The notes under the pieces: generated by a model
Told to the model about the DNA's origin: nothing
Database searches by the model: none
Seen by the model: the letters and a program-made list of their open reading frames with translations, nothing else
Program-made: the position numbers and the translations under genes
Assembly: GCA_044892525.1 (NCBI GenBank)
Contig: CM097885.1
Coordinates: 38,008,001 to 38,072,000, forward strand
From: Schmidtea polychroa
Taxonomy: Eukaryota
Direction of reading: 5' to 3'
Length of the DNA stretch: 64,000 nucleotides
In this document: positions 16,883-33,404 of the stretch, one piece after another
How the letters are laid out: every line of letters begins with the position of its first letter
Position numbering within the stretch: the stretch's first letter is position 1

Positions 16883-17371
16883 ATGTTTTCAAAAACAAGG
16901 ATATCGAGTAAAAAACAACCAAAAGTTCCACCAACAACTAGTTATACTCCATCTAAAGAACTTATTACAGAAAATTTTCCTGCAATGAATCTTATTTCGA
17001 AAAATCCTAAACCTAAACCTAAAAGTAAAACCACTAAGAAAGTAAAAGTTGTTAAAAATCATCGGAGTTTCCCGTTTTTCAATACATTGTTAAAGGCACC
17101 AAGTATGAAAAGAAACAGTATTTTGCAATCTTTCCCAAATTATGTTGTCGATGATTTACTCGATATTATACTTAAAGTAGTCAAAGGCAAGATTAAAATC
17201 AGTAAATCTAAAAAGCAATTATTGAGTAAACATAGGAAACCATTGTTATCTTTAGTAAATAATAAAAATCGTCAACAAATGTAAAAAATTATATATAAAC
17301 AACAAGGTGGATTTATTGGTGCATTGATACCTCTGGCATTATCATTATTAGGTGGAGTTACACAGTCATAA
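16883..17371 (+). pseudogene. Basic Polinton core-like protein with C-terminal QQGGFIGALIPLAL; premature stop at 17282-17284
   Basis: Frame continues past the TAA as KIIYKQQGGFIGALIPLALSLLGGVTQS*. Confidence 0.7.
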
Positions 17372-17374
17372 ACA

Positions 17375-17767
17375 ATGGGTGCTAATCCTTCATTACGAAC
17401 CCAGAAGACGAAGCCGGTTTCGGTGGAGTGGCAAAATTAAAGAAAAGAGTTCCGAATTCGAAAAAGGAAACCCAGAAGTGGTTATCAGACCAGCTTGCGT
17501 ACAGTTTGAACAAACCAATGCAGAAACAATTCCCAACAAGAGTATATAAAACATATGGAATAAACGATTTATAGCAAATGGATTTGATGGAGATGATACC
17601 ATATTCAAAAATTAACAATGGTTATAAATATATTTTAACATGTATTGATGTATTCAGTCGGTTTGCCCGAGCAATACCCGTCAAGGCAAAATCTGCAAAT
17701 GAAATGTCTAAAGCTGTTAATATTTTATTTAAAGATGGACATCCTAATAACTTGCAAACAGATTTAG

Positions 17768-17853
<86 letters not shown>

Positions 17854-18482
17854 GGTAAAGAATTCTACAACAGTAAAGTCAAGCAAATCCTCAATAAATT
17901 GAAAATAAACCATTACTCGGTACATTCTCAATACAAAGCTGCTCATGTTGAAAGATTTAACAGAACATTGAGAGATAGATTAAAGAAATTATTCGTGCAT
18001 CAAGGTAATAAAAAATGGGTAAATGCTTTACCGAAAATAATAACAAGTTATAATCATTCATCACATCGAGGACTGAATGGATTGAGACCGGTTGATATTA
18101 CATCAAAAACATCATTGACTTCTAAGAAATCTGTAAAAATTGCAAAACCTAAATATAAAGTCGGTGACCATGTTAGAATTAGTAAAATTAGTGCATCACC
18201 ATTTATTAAAAATTTCGATACAAATTGGAGTGATGAAGTCTTTGTAATTTCAAAAATAAATACTAGTCAGAATCCTATAATGTATGTCATCAAAGACAAT
18301 GATAATAATATTGTACAAGGGAAATTTTATGAGCAGGAATTACAAGTCATTCCTCCCCAAAAGTATTTAGAATTCAAAAAATATTGAAAACTAAAAAGGT
18401 CGGCAAGGATAAACAATACTATGTCAAATGGCATGGTTATCAAAACCCGTCATGGATATCAGCAAAAGACCTAGTAAAGTGA
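17375..18482 (+). pseudogene. Retroviral-type (rve) integrase with C-terminal chromodomain, disrupted
   Basis: GFGGVAKL..WLSDQLAYSL, QMDL, IDVFSR, QTDLG^KEF, VERFNRTL, chromodomain YYVKWHGY..SWI. TAG at 17572; frameshifts near 17392 and 18355. Confidence 0.9.
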
Positions 18483-19493
18483 ATTTTTATACTATTTTAC
18501 CGAGCAATAGTTGCCCGCTTATTCATCCAGATAATCAAGCCAGTAAATTTATGGTCAATCTCCAGAATCCGATTTCTTTAAATGGTGACTGGGAAGTTGC
18601 ACTGCAAGATTTTACATTCGTGTACAACACATTCCCATTTTATAGTCAATGTAAGATTGATTTCAAAAGGAATATTGTGAAAACATGTAGCGGTATCTTT
18701 ATTATCAGTAATTATGATAAAACATCGTATTCCGAATCAAATATTAGATTCACATTGCTATATGTTTTACAAGGATGGATTAAATATCAGTTGTGATTTT
18801 AAACCATTTACAATAACATTCGAAACTATTGAAGATGCCAAACGAATGGGTTGCAATAAGCTGAAAAATATTGTTATGGAGACCAAGTATTTATTACGTT
18901 TTAATCTATTTGAAGCAAACAGTATAGTGAAAGAAGAAATCAAAATATCTGTGTCGTATAATGATGAAGTTGAAGAATCATTCACCTTTGCTGATGAATT
19001 ATATTTTGATAAACTTGATGTATTACTTAAATATTTAAAGTTCAATTGTTCACACATATTTAAAAATTTGGAAATTGTGAAAGATTTGATGTTTACCTTC
19101 AGTTTGAATGATGATATTTGCGAAGTTACATTTGATAAAAATTTGGCAAATTCACTTGGATTAGATAAGCAAAAATATCGAGAAAAATCGACTGGTATAC
19201 GCAAACCAAGAATACTAGAACATCATCAACAAATGTTCATATATACTAACATTATCGAACCCATAATTGTTGGTGATTCCAGTGTTCCTCTATTGAAATC
19301 GGTATGGATTGGAAAATATGAACATGATGAAGTTGTCAATATAAATATAGATAATCCCATGTATTTACCAATAGCAAGTTCATGTATAAACAATATAGAA
19401 ATAAATATTCGTGACGATAGTGGAAAACTTATAAACTTTCCAAAAGACTCAAAAACTCATTTGACATTACATTTTCGTAAAGTAGATGGCTAA
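18479..19493 (+). pseudogene. Minor capsid (penton) protein with one frameshift
   Basis: FYTILPSNS...WEVAL N-terminus and FIYTNIIEP.IVGD..VPLL...IEINIRD...LTLHFRK C-terminus lie in different frames. Confidence 0.82.
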
Positions 19494-19854
19494 TTCTGAT
19501 ATTATTAGTATGTATAGTGATAGCCAATCTGGCGGTGAATTACCATATTTTATTGGTAAACAGTACGGATCAGGTTGGTTAAAAACAATAGGGAGATTTG
19601 CACTTCCTATTCTTAAACGTATTGGTAGTTTTGGTATGAAAACTGCAAAAGATGTTATTATGAATGAACAGAAAATATTACCATCCATAAAAACAAATGC
19701 TTTAGCTGAGTTAGGGAAAGTTTTACCAGGGGTTGCAGGTATGTTTCAAAAAGATACGCCTCCAGCTCCAGCTCATGCTCCAAAACGTAAAAGACATGGA
19801 ATATCGCGTATAAACAAACGAATGAAAGGACATGGAACTATATTTGCAAAATGA
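19486..19854 (+). CDS. Conserved small Polinton protein (PW-like, amphipathic/basic)
   Basis: QSGG.LP.F.G.QYGSG..K.IGRFALPILK motif; lies between penton and major capsid. Confidence 0.7.
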   Translation: MANSDIISMYSDSQSGGELPYFIGKQYGSGWLKTIGRFALPILKRIGSFGMKTAKDVIMNEQKILPSIKTNALAELGKVLPGVAGMFQKDTPPAPAHAPKRKRHGISRINKRMKGHGTIFAK

Positions 19855-21070
19855 TTTGTGGTAAATCCGAATTATGTATATTTGATAGACCATCGCCTCA
19901 AGCTGTAATAGAATTTGGGGCCTTTGAGGAAGTTTTTCCAATGAATTCAATTACCGATAGTAGAAATGATATCGAGTTTTATATTAATGGTTCGCAAACT
20001 GAATATTTAGATTTGAACGATACTTTATTGACTGTTCAGATTAAGGTTGTAGATAAAGATAGAAAAGTTTTGTATGCCAATGCAGATGTATTACCGAACA
20101 ATTTCATGTTTCATACTCTTTTTAAAGATGCAGTGTTGGGATTTAATAATATCAAGATTGAGGGTGGAAATAATACATTCATTCACAAGGTATTAATAGA
20201 AACTATTTTAAATTACAATTCCGATACTAAAAATACATGTCTTACTCCTATGGGTTATGGCAGTGATGATGAAAGAAAAAAGTGGGTTAAAGGCTCAAAA
20301 TCATTCACTATGTGCTCATCATTACAACTTGATTTTATGGATCAACCGAAATATTTGCTACCGGGAGTTAATGTACACATTAGACGAAAAGGTCCGATTC
20401 TGCATTATCTCTTACTAGTGCAACTGGTGCACCAATATGCCAATTAGTTGATGCAAAATTATTGGTGAGAAGAGTTCGAGTAGACCCGTCAGTATTAGCT
20501 GGTCATCAATTGGGTCTTAATTCAAAACATGCAATTTATCCATTAAAAACAAAGGAAATTGTACAATTTGCTATTGCTAAAGGTGCTTCATCATTCTATA
20601 AAGAACAAATATTTGGTGACAGAAGAATGCCTAATTTTATTCTGGTAACATTTCAAAGTGAAACACAATATAATGGATCTTATACTGCTTCCAGCTCAAT
20701 TTTCAAAAATTTTGGTGTTACTTCATTGACTTTGTCGAAAAATACTGATTATAGAGAAACATATACTCAAGATTTCGAAAGCGATAATTACTGTGCGACA
20801 TATATGCAGAGTATTGTTAGAAATCTGGGTTACTTAGATAAAAACTTGAATTGTGGAATAACTCTAGAAGAATTTAAAAGCAAATACCCATTTTTCACAT
20901 TTGTTTTAGCCCCTGATTTTGATTTAAATCAGAGTCAACTACCTCAAAATGGAAATTTACGACTGGATATTAAGTTTGCAAGAGCCATTACTAAACCGGT
21001 ACATGTTATAATATATGGAGTATTTGAAAATGAAGTTCAAATTACTGCAAATAGAACCGTGCTAGTATAA
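19851..21070 (+). pseudogene. Major capsid protein (PY, double jelly-roll), frameshift near 20390
   Basis: CGKSELCIF, YLDLNDT, QPKYLLPGV, VRRVRV, NGNLRLDIKFA across two frames. Confidence 0.87.
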
Positions 21071-21092
21071 ATGTATACAGAAACACAAAAAG

Positions 21093-21479
21093 TTGTCATG
21101 GAGTAAGTTGTTTTTTATACTCTGGATTTATTTAAGTAGTTCTGTTCAGGTTAATCGAATTGAAAAACAGATATTGGGAAATGAATTTGTTGGAGTTTTT
21201 CCTCTTGATAAAATTCCTTATTTGAGCAATAATCAAGCAATAATCGTCAATACTCATTCGTCTCATCTTGGTGGAGAACATTGGATAGCTATATATGTGA
21301 AACCTAGTAATATATTCGTATTCGATCCTATGGGTTTCTATTATCCTTTGTTGATATCAAAACTTCAAACAATTGGGAAACCTATTGTATATAATAAAAC
21401 TATGTTTCAAAATCCATTGACTCAAACATGTGGTCAACACTGTTTGGCGTGGTTGTTGTATAAAAAATTTGATGGTTAA
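21093..21479 (+). CDS. Adenain-like cysteine maturation protease (start uncertain)
   Basis: FVGVFP.D, IVNT, GEHWIA, FDPMG, Q..TCGQHC catalytic motifs. Confidence 0.88.
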   Translation: MSWSKLFFILWIYLSSSVQVNRIEKQILGNEFVGVFPLDKIPYLSNNQAIIVNTHSSHLGGEHWIAIYVKPSNIFVFDPMGFYYPLLISKLQTIGKPIVYNKTMFQNPLTQTCGQHCLAWLLYKKFDG

Positions 21480-21516
21480 TAAATGTATACTGTATGATTT
21501 TTAATTATTTGTTAAA

Positions 21517-21571
<55 letters not shown>

Positions 21572-21759
21572 GATATTAATATTATTAATATTATTAATAT
21601 TATTATTTTTAATTAATTTTATTATTATTCAAATAAATATTATTAATTCTACATAAAGACTACCTATGCCTGAAGCATGCACAGTGCAAGTTAACAAAGG
21701 CATGACTAACAAAGGCAGTCACATGTAATTTCTGAGTGATTTACATTACATGCATGCAT

Positions 21760-21855
21760 GCGTGTGATTGGTTGAGAGTAAAATATTCAGTGTATATGTG
21801 TGTCTATATTCTCATTGGCTGGGACAGGAAAATATTCATTCTCTTTATAAACATC
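21760..21855 (+). promoter_or_regulatory. Putative pPolB promoter
   Basis: Two reverse CCAAT boxes (ATTGG, ~21767 and ~21814) and TATAAA (~21846) about 75 nt upstream of ATG 21924. Confidence 0.5.
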
Positions 21856-21923
21856 GACAAATCTAAAATTTGTCACAATTATTTTAAAATTTTAAAAATC
21901 TATTAATAATAATATTTAACAAC

Positions 21924-26969
<5,046 letters not shown>

Positions 26970-27242
26970 TGTGTTTAAATTATTTAATAAATGTATTAGT
27001 CATATTGTCTTGAATATTTTTTAACTTTGTGAACATTTTTTATACATTGTGTGTAATAATAATATGTTAAAGTTTTGTTAGTTACCTTTACCCAGTGTGT
27101 TAATAAATTTTAGTGTATATTTAAAGTATAATTTCTTTGTTAATGTCTTGAATATTTTTAGCAGTACATTTGTGACCTTTACCTTGTGAACAGTACCCAT
27201 AGGGGGACAAAATATCTTGTCGGATAGACTCGGAGTATATAG

Positions 27243-27325
<83 letters not shown>

Positions 27326-27621
27326 CATTGCGAGTTGTTGAGCGTGACCAGTACCCTTACGAACAGTACCCATAAGGGGACAGAATATTTTGTCGGATAG
27401 ACTCGGAGTATATAGATTAATAATAATAATAATTATATGACCTTGAAAATGGTCTCGGGAAAACGATAATAACTTTGTCAATATTAATGATGATGATACC
27501 TTCAATAGCTCATTCGAAAGGTCTTGGATAAGGTCGATGAATAATTTTCGTTGGCGGGAACTTTGAAAAAATTAAAAAATAAAATAATAATATTTTTTAA
27601 AAATAATAATATGACCTTGAT

Positions 27622-27753
27622 GAGTCATCACGATGAGTCATATGTCTTTGTTTAAAAAATATATATACCCCCGGGGGGTATGACTCATATGTCTCTGTGA
27701 CGTCATCGATGACGTCATATGTCTTTGTTCCTGACTCCACACATTACCCTACT
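27622..27753 (-). repeat. Polinton right TIR
   Basis: Reverse complement of 15869-15991. Confidence 0.93.
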
Positions 27754-28071
27754 GTTTAAAGATTACTTTAGCGTATGTTATATATTATTGATATTTTTCG
27801 AGACCTCAATACAATTAGCTTATGACATTGTAATAATCTTATCAAAAATGACAGAAGAAAATAACATTATGTTGTCAAAGCCAAATTTTAGTATATTTCA
27901 ACAAGAGACTAAAAATTTTGTAAATCACCAGATATTAAAAACAATTTGTAATAATATAATAAATAGAATTGTTTTAATGAATAAAAAAGGAGTTTATTAT
28001 ACAGTAAGGTATGAGAGAATGTCAAGACTTATTTCAAACAAGAAAGGTAATAACATACAAATAAATATCAC

Positions 28072-28963
28072 CTGTTACTAATTCTGCCAAAATGCATCCG
28101 AAGCTCCACATATCGATAGGGAGCCCGTATTTCCCACCTAAAATGACCTCAGGAGCCCGATAAAACCTTGATTGTATGTACGTATACACCCGCTGATTCT
28201 CATAACAACTCGACCCGAAATCTATCACCTTTATTGAACTGCGATTCATGTGCCGCAACAAAATGTTCTCTGGTTTCAAATCACAATGAATGATTTGGTT
28301 TTTCTCCAACGCGTCCAAACATTGCAAAATCGAGATTGCGAATTTCCTTACCAACACCAACGAAAATCCTCGAAATTTATTTTTCTTGATCAATTCAAAG
28401 AGATTATTGTTCAGCAATTCGAATGTCATACAAACGTGATTCCGAAACGTGAAATGCTCATAAATATGAACGATGTTGCATTTGGTTTCTTTGTCGTACT
28501 GTTGAAGATGTTCAAGGATTCGAATTTCTTCAGCTGCCTGTCTCGTGAAGCGTTTTTCATTTCTCACTATTTTTAATGCTACATAATTTCCTAATTTATG
28601 ATCAAAAGCCTTTACAACTTGACCGAAACTGCCTTTGCCGATTAATTTAACTACTTCATATCTGTAGGCTATGTGATCATTTAGTACATGAATGTAAGAA
28701 CCTTGTTCATCATCAAATCCATTATTAAATTCTTCCAAGTTGGAACAGCCTTCGGGGTAGTTGTTTTTCTGTTGCGTCAAGCGTCGAGATTTTTGCGCAT
28801 TTTGACCCAAATAATAAACTTGCGGATAATAAAATATTTCATGCTGTTCAAACAAAGTTATCTTGTTCATGAAATATTTCATGGCAAGTCGTGGATTCAG
28901 TGGTTCCGACAATGGATTCCTGAAGGAGGTCGCCTCACAGTCGTTGGAGTTTCCAATCATCAT
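28072..28963 (-). CDS. DYRK2: DYRK paralog A, exon 1 (class-2 DYRK2/3-like kinase)
   Basis: DH box [44 protein letters not shown]; donor ACAG|GT at 28071. Start codon uncertain. Confidence 0.9.
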
Positions 28964-31900
28964 TCATGTGGTTTCGTTTCAAATGCTTTGATCCAACATT
29001 TTCTTTAAATTTTGCAATTATTCTATGGTTATAATTGATTCAATTTTAATTATCAATAAAATCATGTACTATATCAAATTTTGTTTTACATACGCTGCTG
29101 TCAGTGACTAAGGTACAGTAGTGAAGTGAATAAGGCCCTAGAAACCAGTGAATAAGGAACAACTGGGTGTTGGGTTTTTATTGTTAAAGTCGGTATTGAT
29201 TCTTTGTCTCATTTATCAAGATAAAACCCAACACAAAAGCACTATTAAATATCAACAAATTTTGATACCAAGTTCTCAATTACAATTTTTAGTTCTGTGA
29301 TCATTAATAAAATCGAAAGCAGGTGACCCTAAAGGACACTGCTTTATTCAGATTTTTTAATGATTTTTTATTTTCGTAAAATTTGAATTGTCTACGCTTC
29401 TTTTACATTTTACTCAAGATATAGTACTTTCCTTTTTTCAACCAAGTTGTATTTGCCCAACACTGTCGTTTGCTTTTATATTGCTATTCATCCCGCTTAC
29501 TCGCACAATTAAATTAGCATCGAACAAAATTTTGGAAAGCAGAATGATTGAATAGGCGTCCTTTCGCCTTTGTTATAGATCTAGTTTTGCTAATTGAAAA
29601 ATAATAATTTTGAAAGAAAACCTTATTATATTATCCACTTGTTTACCGCTCGGATTTCCCACACGTGTCGAGTTTTCAACATAGCTTTTCAACATACCAT
29701 ATAACTAATAAATTATGCATTTATTTTTAATTTAATTTGTATTTATTGAATATCGTTTTCTGGGGACCCCATTGGTTTTATATTAGTATACTTGTTTTCG
29801 TCTCAACGTTCGCTATCCGTACATATCAATTTTACCCCGAATAAGTCATTTGGTTTTTTTCAAAATTTAAAATTTTTATAGGTTTTTGCATTTTACTGAT
29901 TTCCATATTTAATGGTTTTCCCATTCCAACTTATTTCGAGTTTATTTTTTACGAACCCCAACAAAGGTAATGAATAAGGCACTATAAGCCAGTGAATAAG
30001 TTTCTCTAAATATATAACGGATTTTGGACATCCGTAGCTTCGAGTATTTAAGGATTCGTGTATAAAGGTTGACATCGTAATTTACCTCAATTCTTCTGAT
30101 GCACGTTTAGTAAGAATGTCTTCCAGGCTGATATACGTCATACGAATTCTAAAATAGTTGAAGATATTTGTAAACATAATTTTTTTGTAGTGTAGTTATT
30201 TTAGTAGTCTCAGTAGGATATTTGTGAAACTAAATCTACATGATCTTGATCAAAGGGATTATTCAACATAAATAACTTTTATTAATATTACACTTTATAA
30301 TCTATCGAATTTTGTCAATGCAATAGCAATAAATTTACTTGATTTAGGGGCAGGTAACCTTATGGGAGACCGCCTCAAGGACATTGACTAAACGAATCTG
30401 ATACTACTGAAAAAGATTTTCTTTTCTCTTTTCCTTTCTTTTCCGTTTTTATCACAATTTTTTCACATCTTTCATTATATTTTTGTCTTTTACCAGAATG
30501 GTAATTTGGAAATTTTATATGGACATTATATAGAGCTTTTACTCCTCTAATAAATTTTGTTACTCGTTAGGAATCAGGACAATTAAATTAAATTAGCATG
30601 ACAGGCTGATATTCTGCATGTCAAGTTCGGGAATTGGCCCTTAATTTATTTTTTCTAAATTAATAAATAAATTAATTTGTATTTCCTAAATAATTTTGTC
30701 TATTGTCTAAAAGCCATTGTATATTACCATATTTGTGTTCGTCTCATCATTTGCCATCGGCTCTTTTCCGTTTCGAAAAATATTAATTTTTAAATTTTGA
30801 ATTTTTTATGTAATTTCGTCATATAAATTGGTTTTTTTGTTTTATGTTAATTTTTTTACGTTTTCATTATCCTGCACCGACTCTCTGTCTCCACCTTAAT
30901 CTTATATAATCCTAACATATGCTAAAGATTTCGAATATCGGTTACTGGTTTGTTTAGCTGTCAGGTCAATTTTATGCCGGCTTCTTAGAATCTAAGAAGT
31001 CAACATAAAATTGACTTGACTTGGGATTATATCTAAGACTCAGATGATTAATTATAAAACTGATAATCATTTCACGCCATTGTTAAACTTGGTTTTATTA
31101 AACATCCCAGCTTGGTTTGGCGAGATTCCAACATAATGATGATGATGATATGTATGCCACAAAACAGTTGTAAAGCAACGATTCAATATTTGATAGATTC
31201 TATTCGGAGGTGAAAAATTATTCCAATTGGAGATTAAAATTATGCGGACCAATCAAATTGCTCTAATTATAGTCAATTGGCTCAATTGATATGTTGATTT
31301 GTTTAAAAATTTGACTCTTTTTGATAATAATACCTGAAAACTGATGTAATAAACAAGGATAATTTATGAAATCGAAAAATATTGTAATTCAAAATACTTT
31401 GTATCTAAGGTTGCTGGCCAGCGTCCCATTTCCATTTTTAATTCAATGTTTTAATTTTTTTCTCATATATAGAGGACTAAATGGGAGAGAATTGCATAAA
31501 TGCATTCGCAAGCATTTTGGGTTGAGACAAATTACAACAAAATTGTGGACCAATGCATATGAATAGTCAAGAAGTTTTAAAGCAGCCGATGTTGTTGAAC
31601 AAAAAGAATCAATTCAATATTATTTTACCAAAAGAGAATGTAGTTATGAGATAAGCAAAAATAGAAAAAATTGACATATGTTTTGTTTTTTTGTCATATT
31701 TCTATTTCTGACATTTCAAATAGTCAATTACAATCAAACTAAAAGTAGTAGTCGGACGCCAAAGCGAGTGACTTCCTATATGTTATTACTATTATATAAA
31801 ACACGCTCACGGTAAATATACTCCGTTAATATACTACGCCATTAAATAGTTTCCTGTCGTCAGTAATAAATGTATATTTTGTGTCCTGTATAATTATTTT

Positions 31901-32835
31901 ATTTGTTAGCTAATTTCAGCGTCATTTTTTTGCATATAAAGGATAGAACAGATACGTTCCGGCACCTTTTTTTCCAGAAAAAAAACACTGGCAATACACT
32001 AGATGAATTTATTAAATCGTATTATTCAATATGGCAAGTAACAATTCCAAAGAAATTCATATTAATAATCTAAATTGGAAAAACGGTAGCAGTAATTGTC
32101 CATAATTTCTAAAAGAATCTATTTGAAGGTATCTTTTAGGAATAGCATCACGATTAAAGTTAATTAAAGCTCCACCAAAGCTAAAAGTGTTCCACTCGGT
32201 GAAAAAAGGAAGAAGCAGATCAAAAAAAGCTAAAAAAGCATTACTTGTTAGATAATTTGCTGTTTTCTTGAATTTTTTTTATTTTATTAATTGAACTTAA
32301 CACAATTTTGCTTGAAGTTTAATTCATAGCCCTTTAATTTAGTTATTTATAAAAAGGGAAAAGTGAACAGATAAACAAATAATTAATGCTGGACATTAAA
32401 ACTAATTAAATCCACTAAAATGTTATCTTTTCTGTATTGCTGTGACGTTTCTCGTAATGAATTTTCATCCCAGAAAAAAGGTAAGAAAAATGGTTAAAAC
32501 AAGGATAAAAATAAACTGGGCAAAATGGTAAGGATGAGCTAATCCTAAAACAAAGAGAAAGGTAACAACAAGACAAAATATGTATTTATAAAATGTAAAT
32601 CTCCAAAATCCGTCTAACATAACACCGTATCAATTACAAGATTAGAAGCTATAGCGTACATCAGCCAGCAATTATGGTAGCAACAACAGTAATTGCTCTA
32701 GCGGTAAATGTTCACAGAATATATGCTCATCTCAATTTATTTCATTATATACAAAACATATACTTAAATCAGCTAATAACTTTTATATAATAATTGAAAG
32801 ACTTTGAGCATAAAATAGAGGAAATACTTGATACG

Positions 32836-33404
32836 CTATTGGGAGAGATTTGCGGATGTTTTCTGAATATAATTTATTCCTTTGAGTTGAGGAGGTCCGT
32901 TTCCTAATGTTTCGCAATGACCAATATCAGATCGATTAACATATTCACCATTTTTTGATGAAGTACCATTCGAATTATTTTTGTATGATGACAATTGTAT
33001 TGGGTTTTCTTTTTTACCATTAATCTCTTGAGTTTTGTGCCTTATCCAAGGATGCTTCATCGCTTCTTCGGGTTTGATTCGATTTGCTGGATTCAACTCA
33101 ATACAATGTAAAAGAAAGTCAAGAAATTCATGGTCAGTCTCACTAAGTTTCAGGTAGGTTTTTATGTCCTTTGATTGAGGCGGACCTCGGAATGTTCCGC
33201 GTTGAGTATAGCCACCAGTTAGTTTTTGGATACTTGAATTAACTGGATTTTTAACTACTGTGCAATATTTCGGTATGCAATCTTCGTTGAAAAATATCTT
33301 TTTTCGTTTGCAGTCATTTAAAATTTCGAGAGGCGGTATTCCTAACAATTCAAAAATGCAATTCAATTGATCTGATTCATTTTCTCCCGGAAACAAAGGA
33401 TGAC
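32836..33404 (-). CDS. DYRK2: DYRK paralog B, exon 2
   Basis: ttag|GT CAT gives G-HPLFPGENESDQL; RGPPQSK; RIKPEEAMKHPWI. Confidence 0.88.

Noticed and set aside
21071..21140. Spliced 5' exon for the Polinton protease (GTAAGT...TTCAG)
   Set aside because: The obvious splice puts the protease out of frame; it would need an additional indel.
28250..28576. Similar + strand ORFs at 28250 and 44653
   Set aside because: Antisense shadows of the near-identical DYRK tract.
29113..32000. Isolated DNA-transposon-like ends (TACAGTAGTG at ~29114, GGCCCTTAA at ~30640, AAAAAAACACTG at ~31990)
   Set aside because: No matching partner TIR or TSD found.
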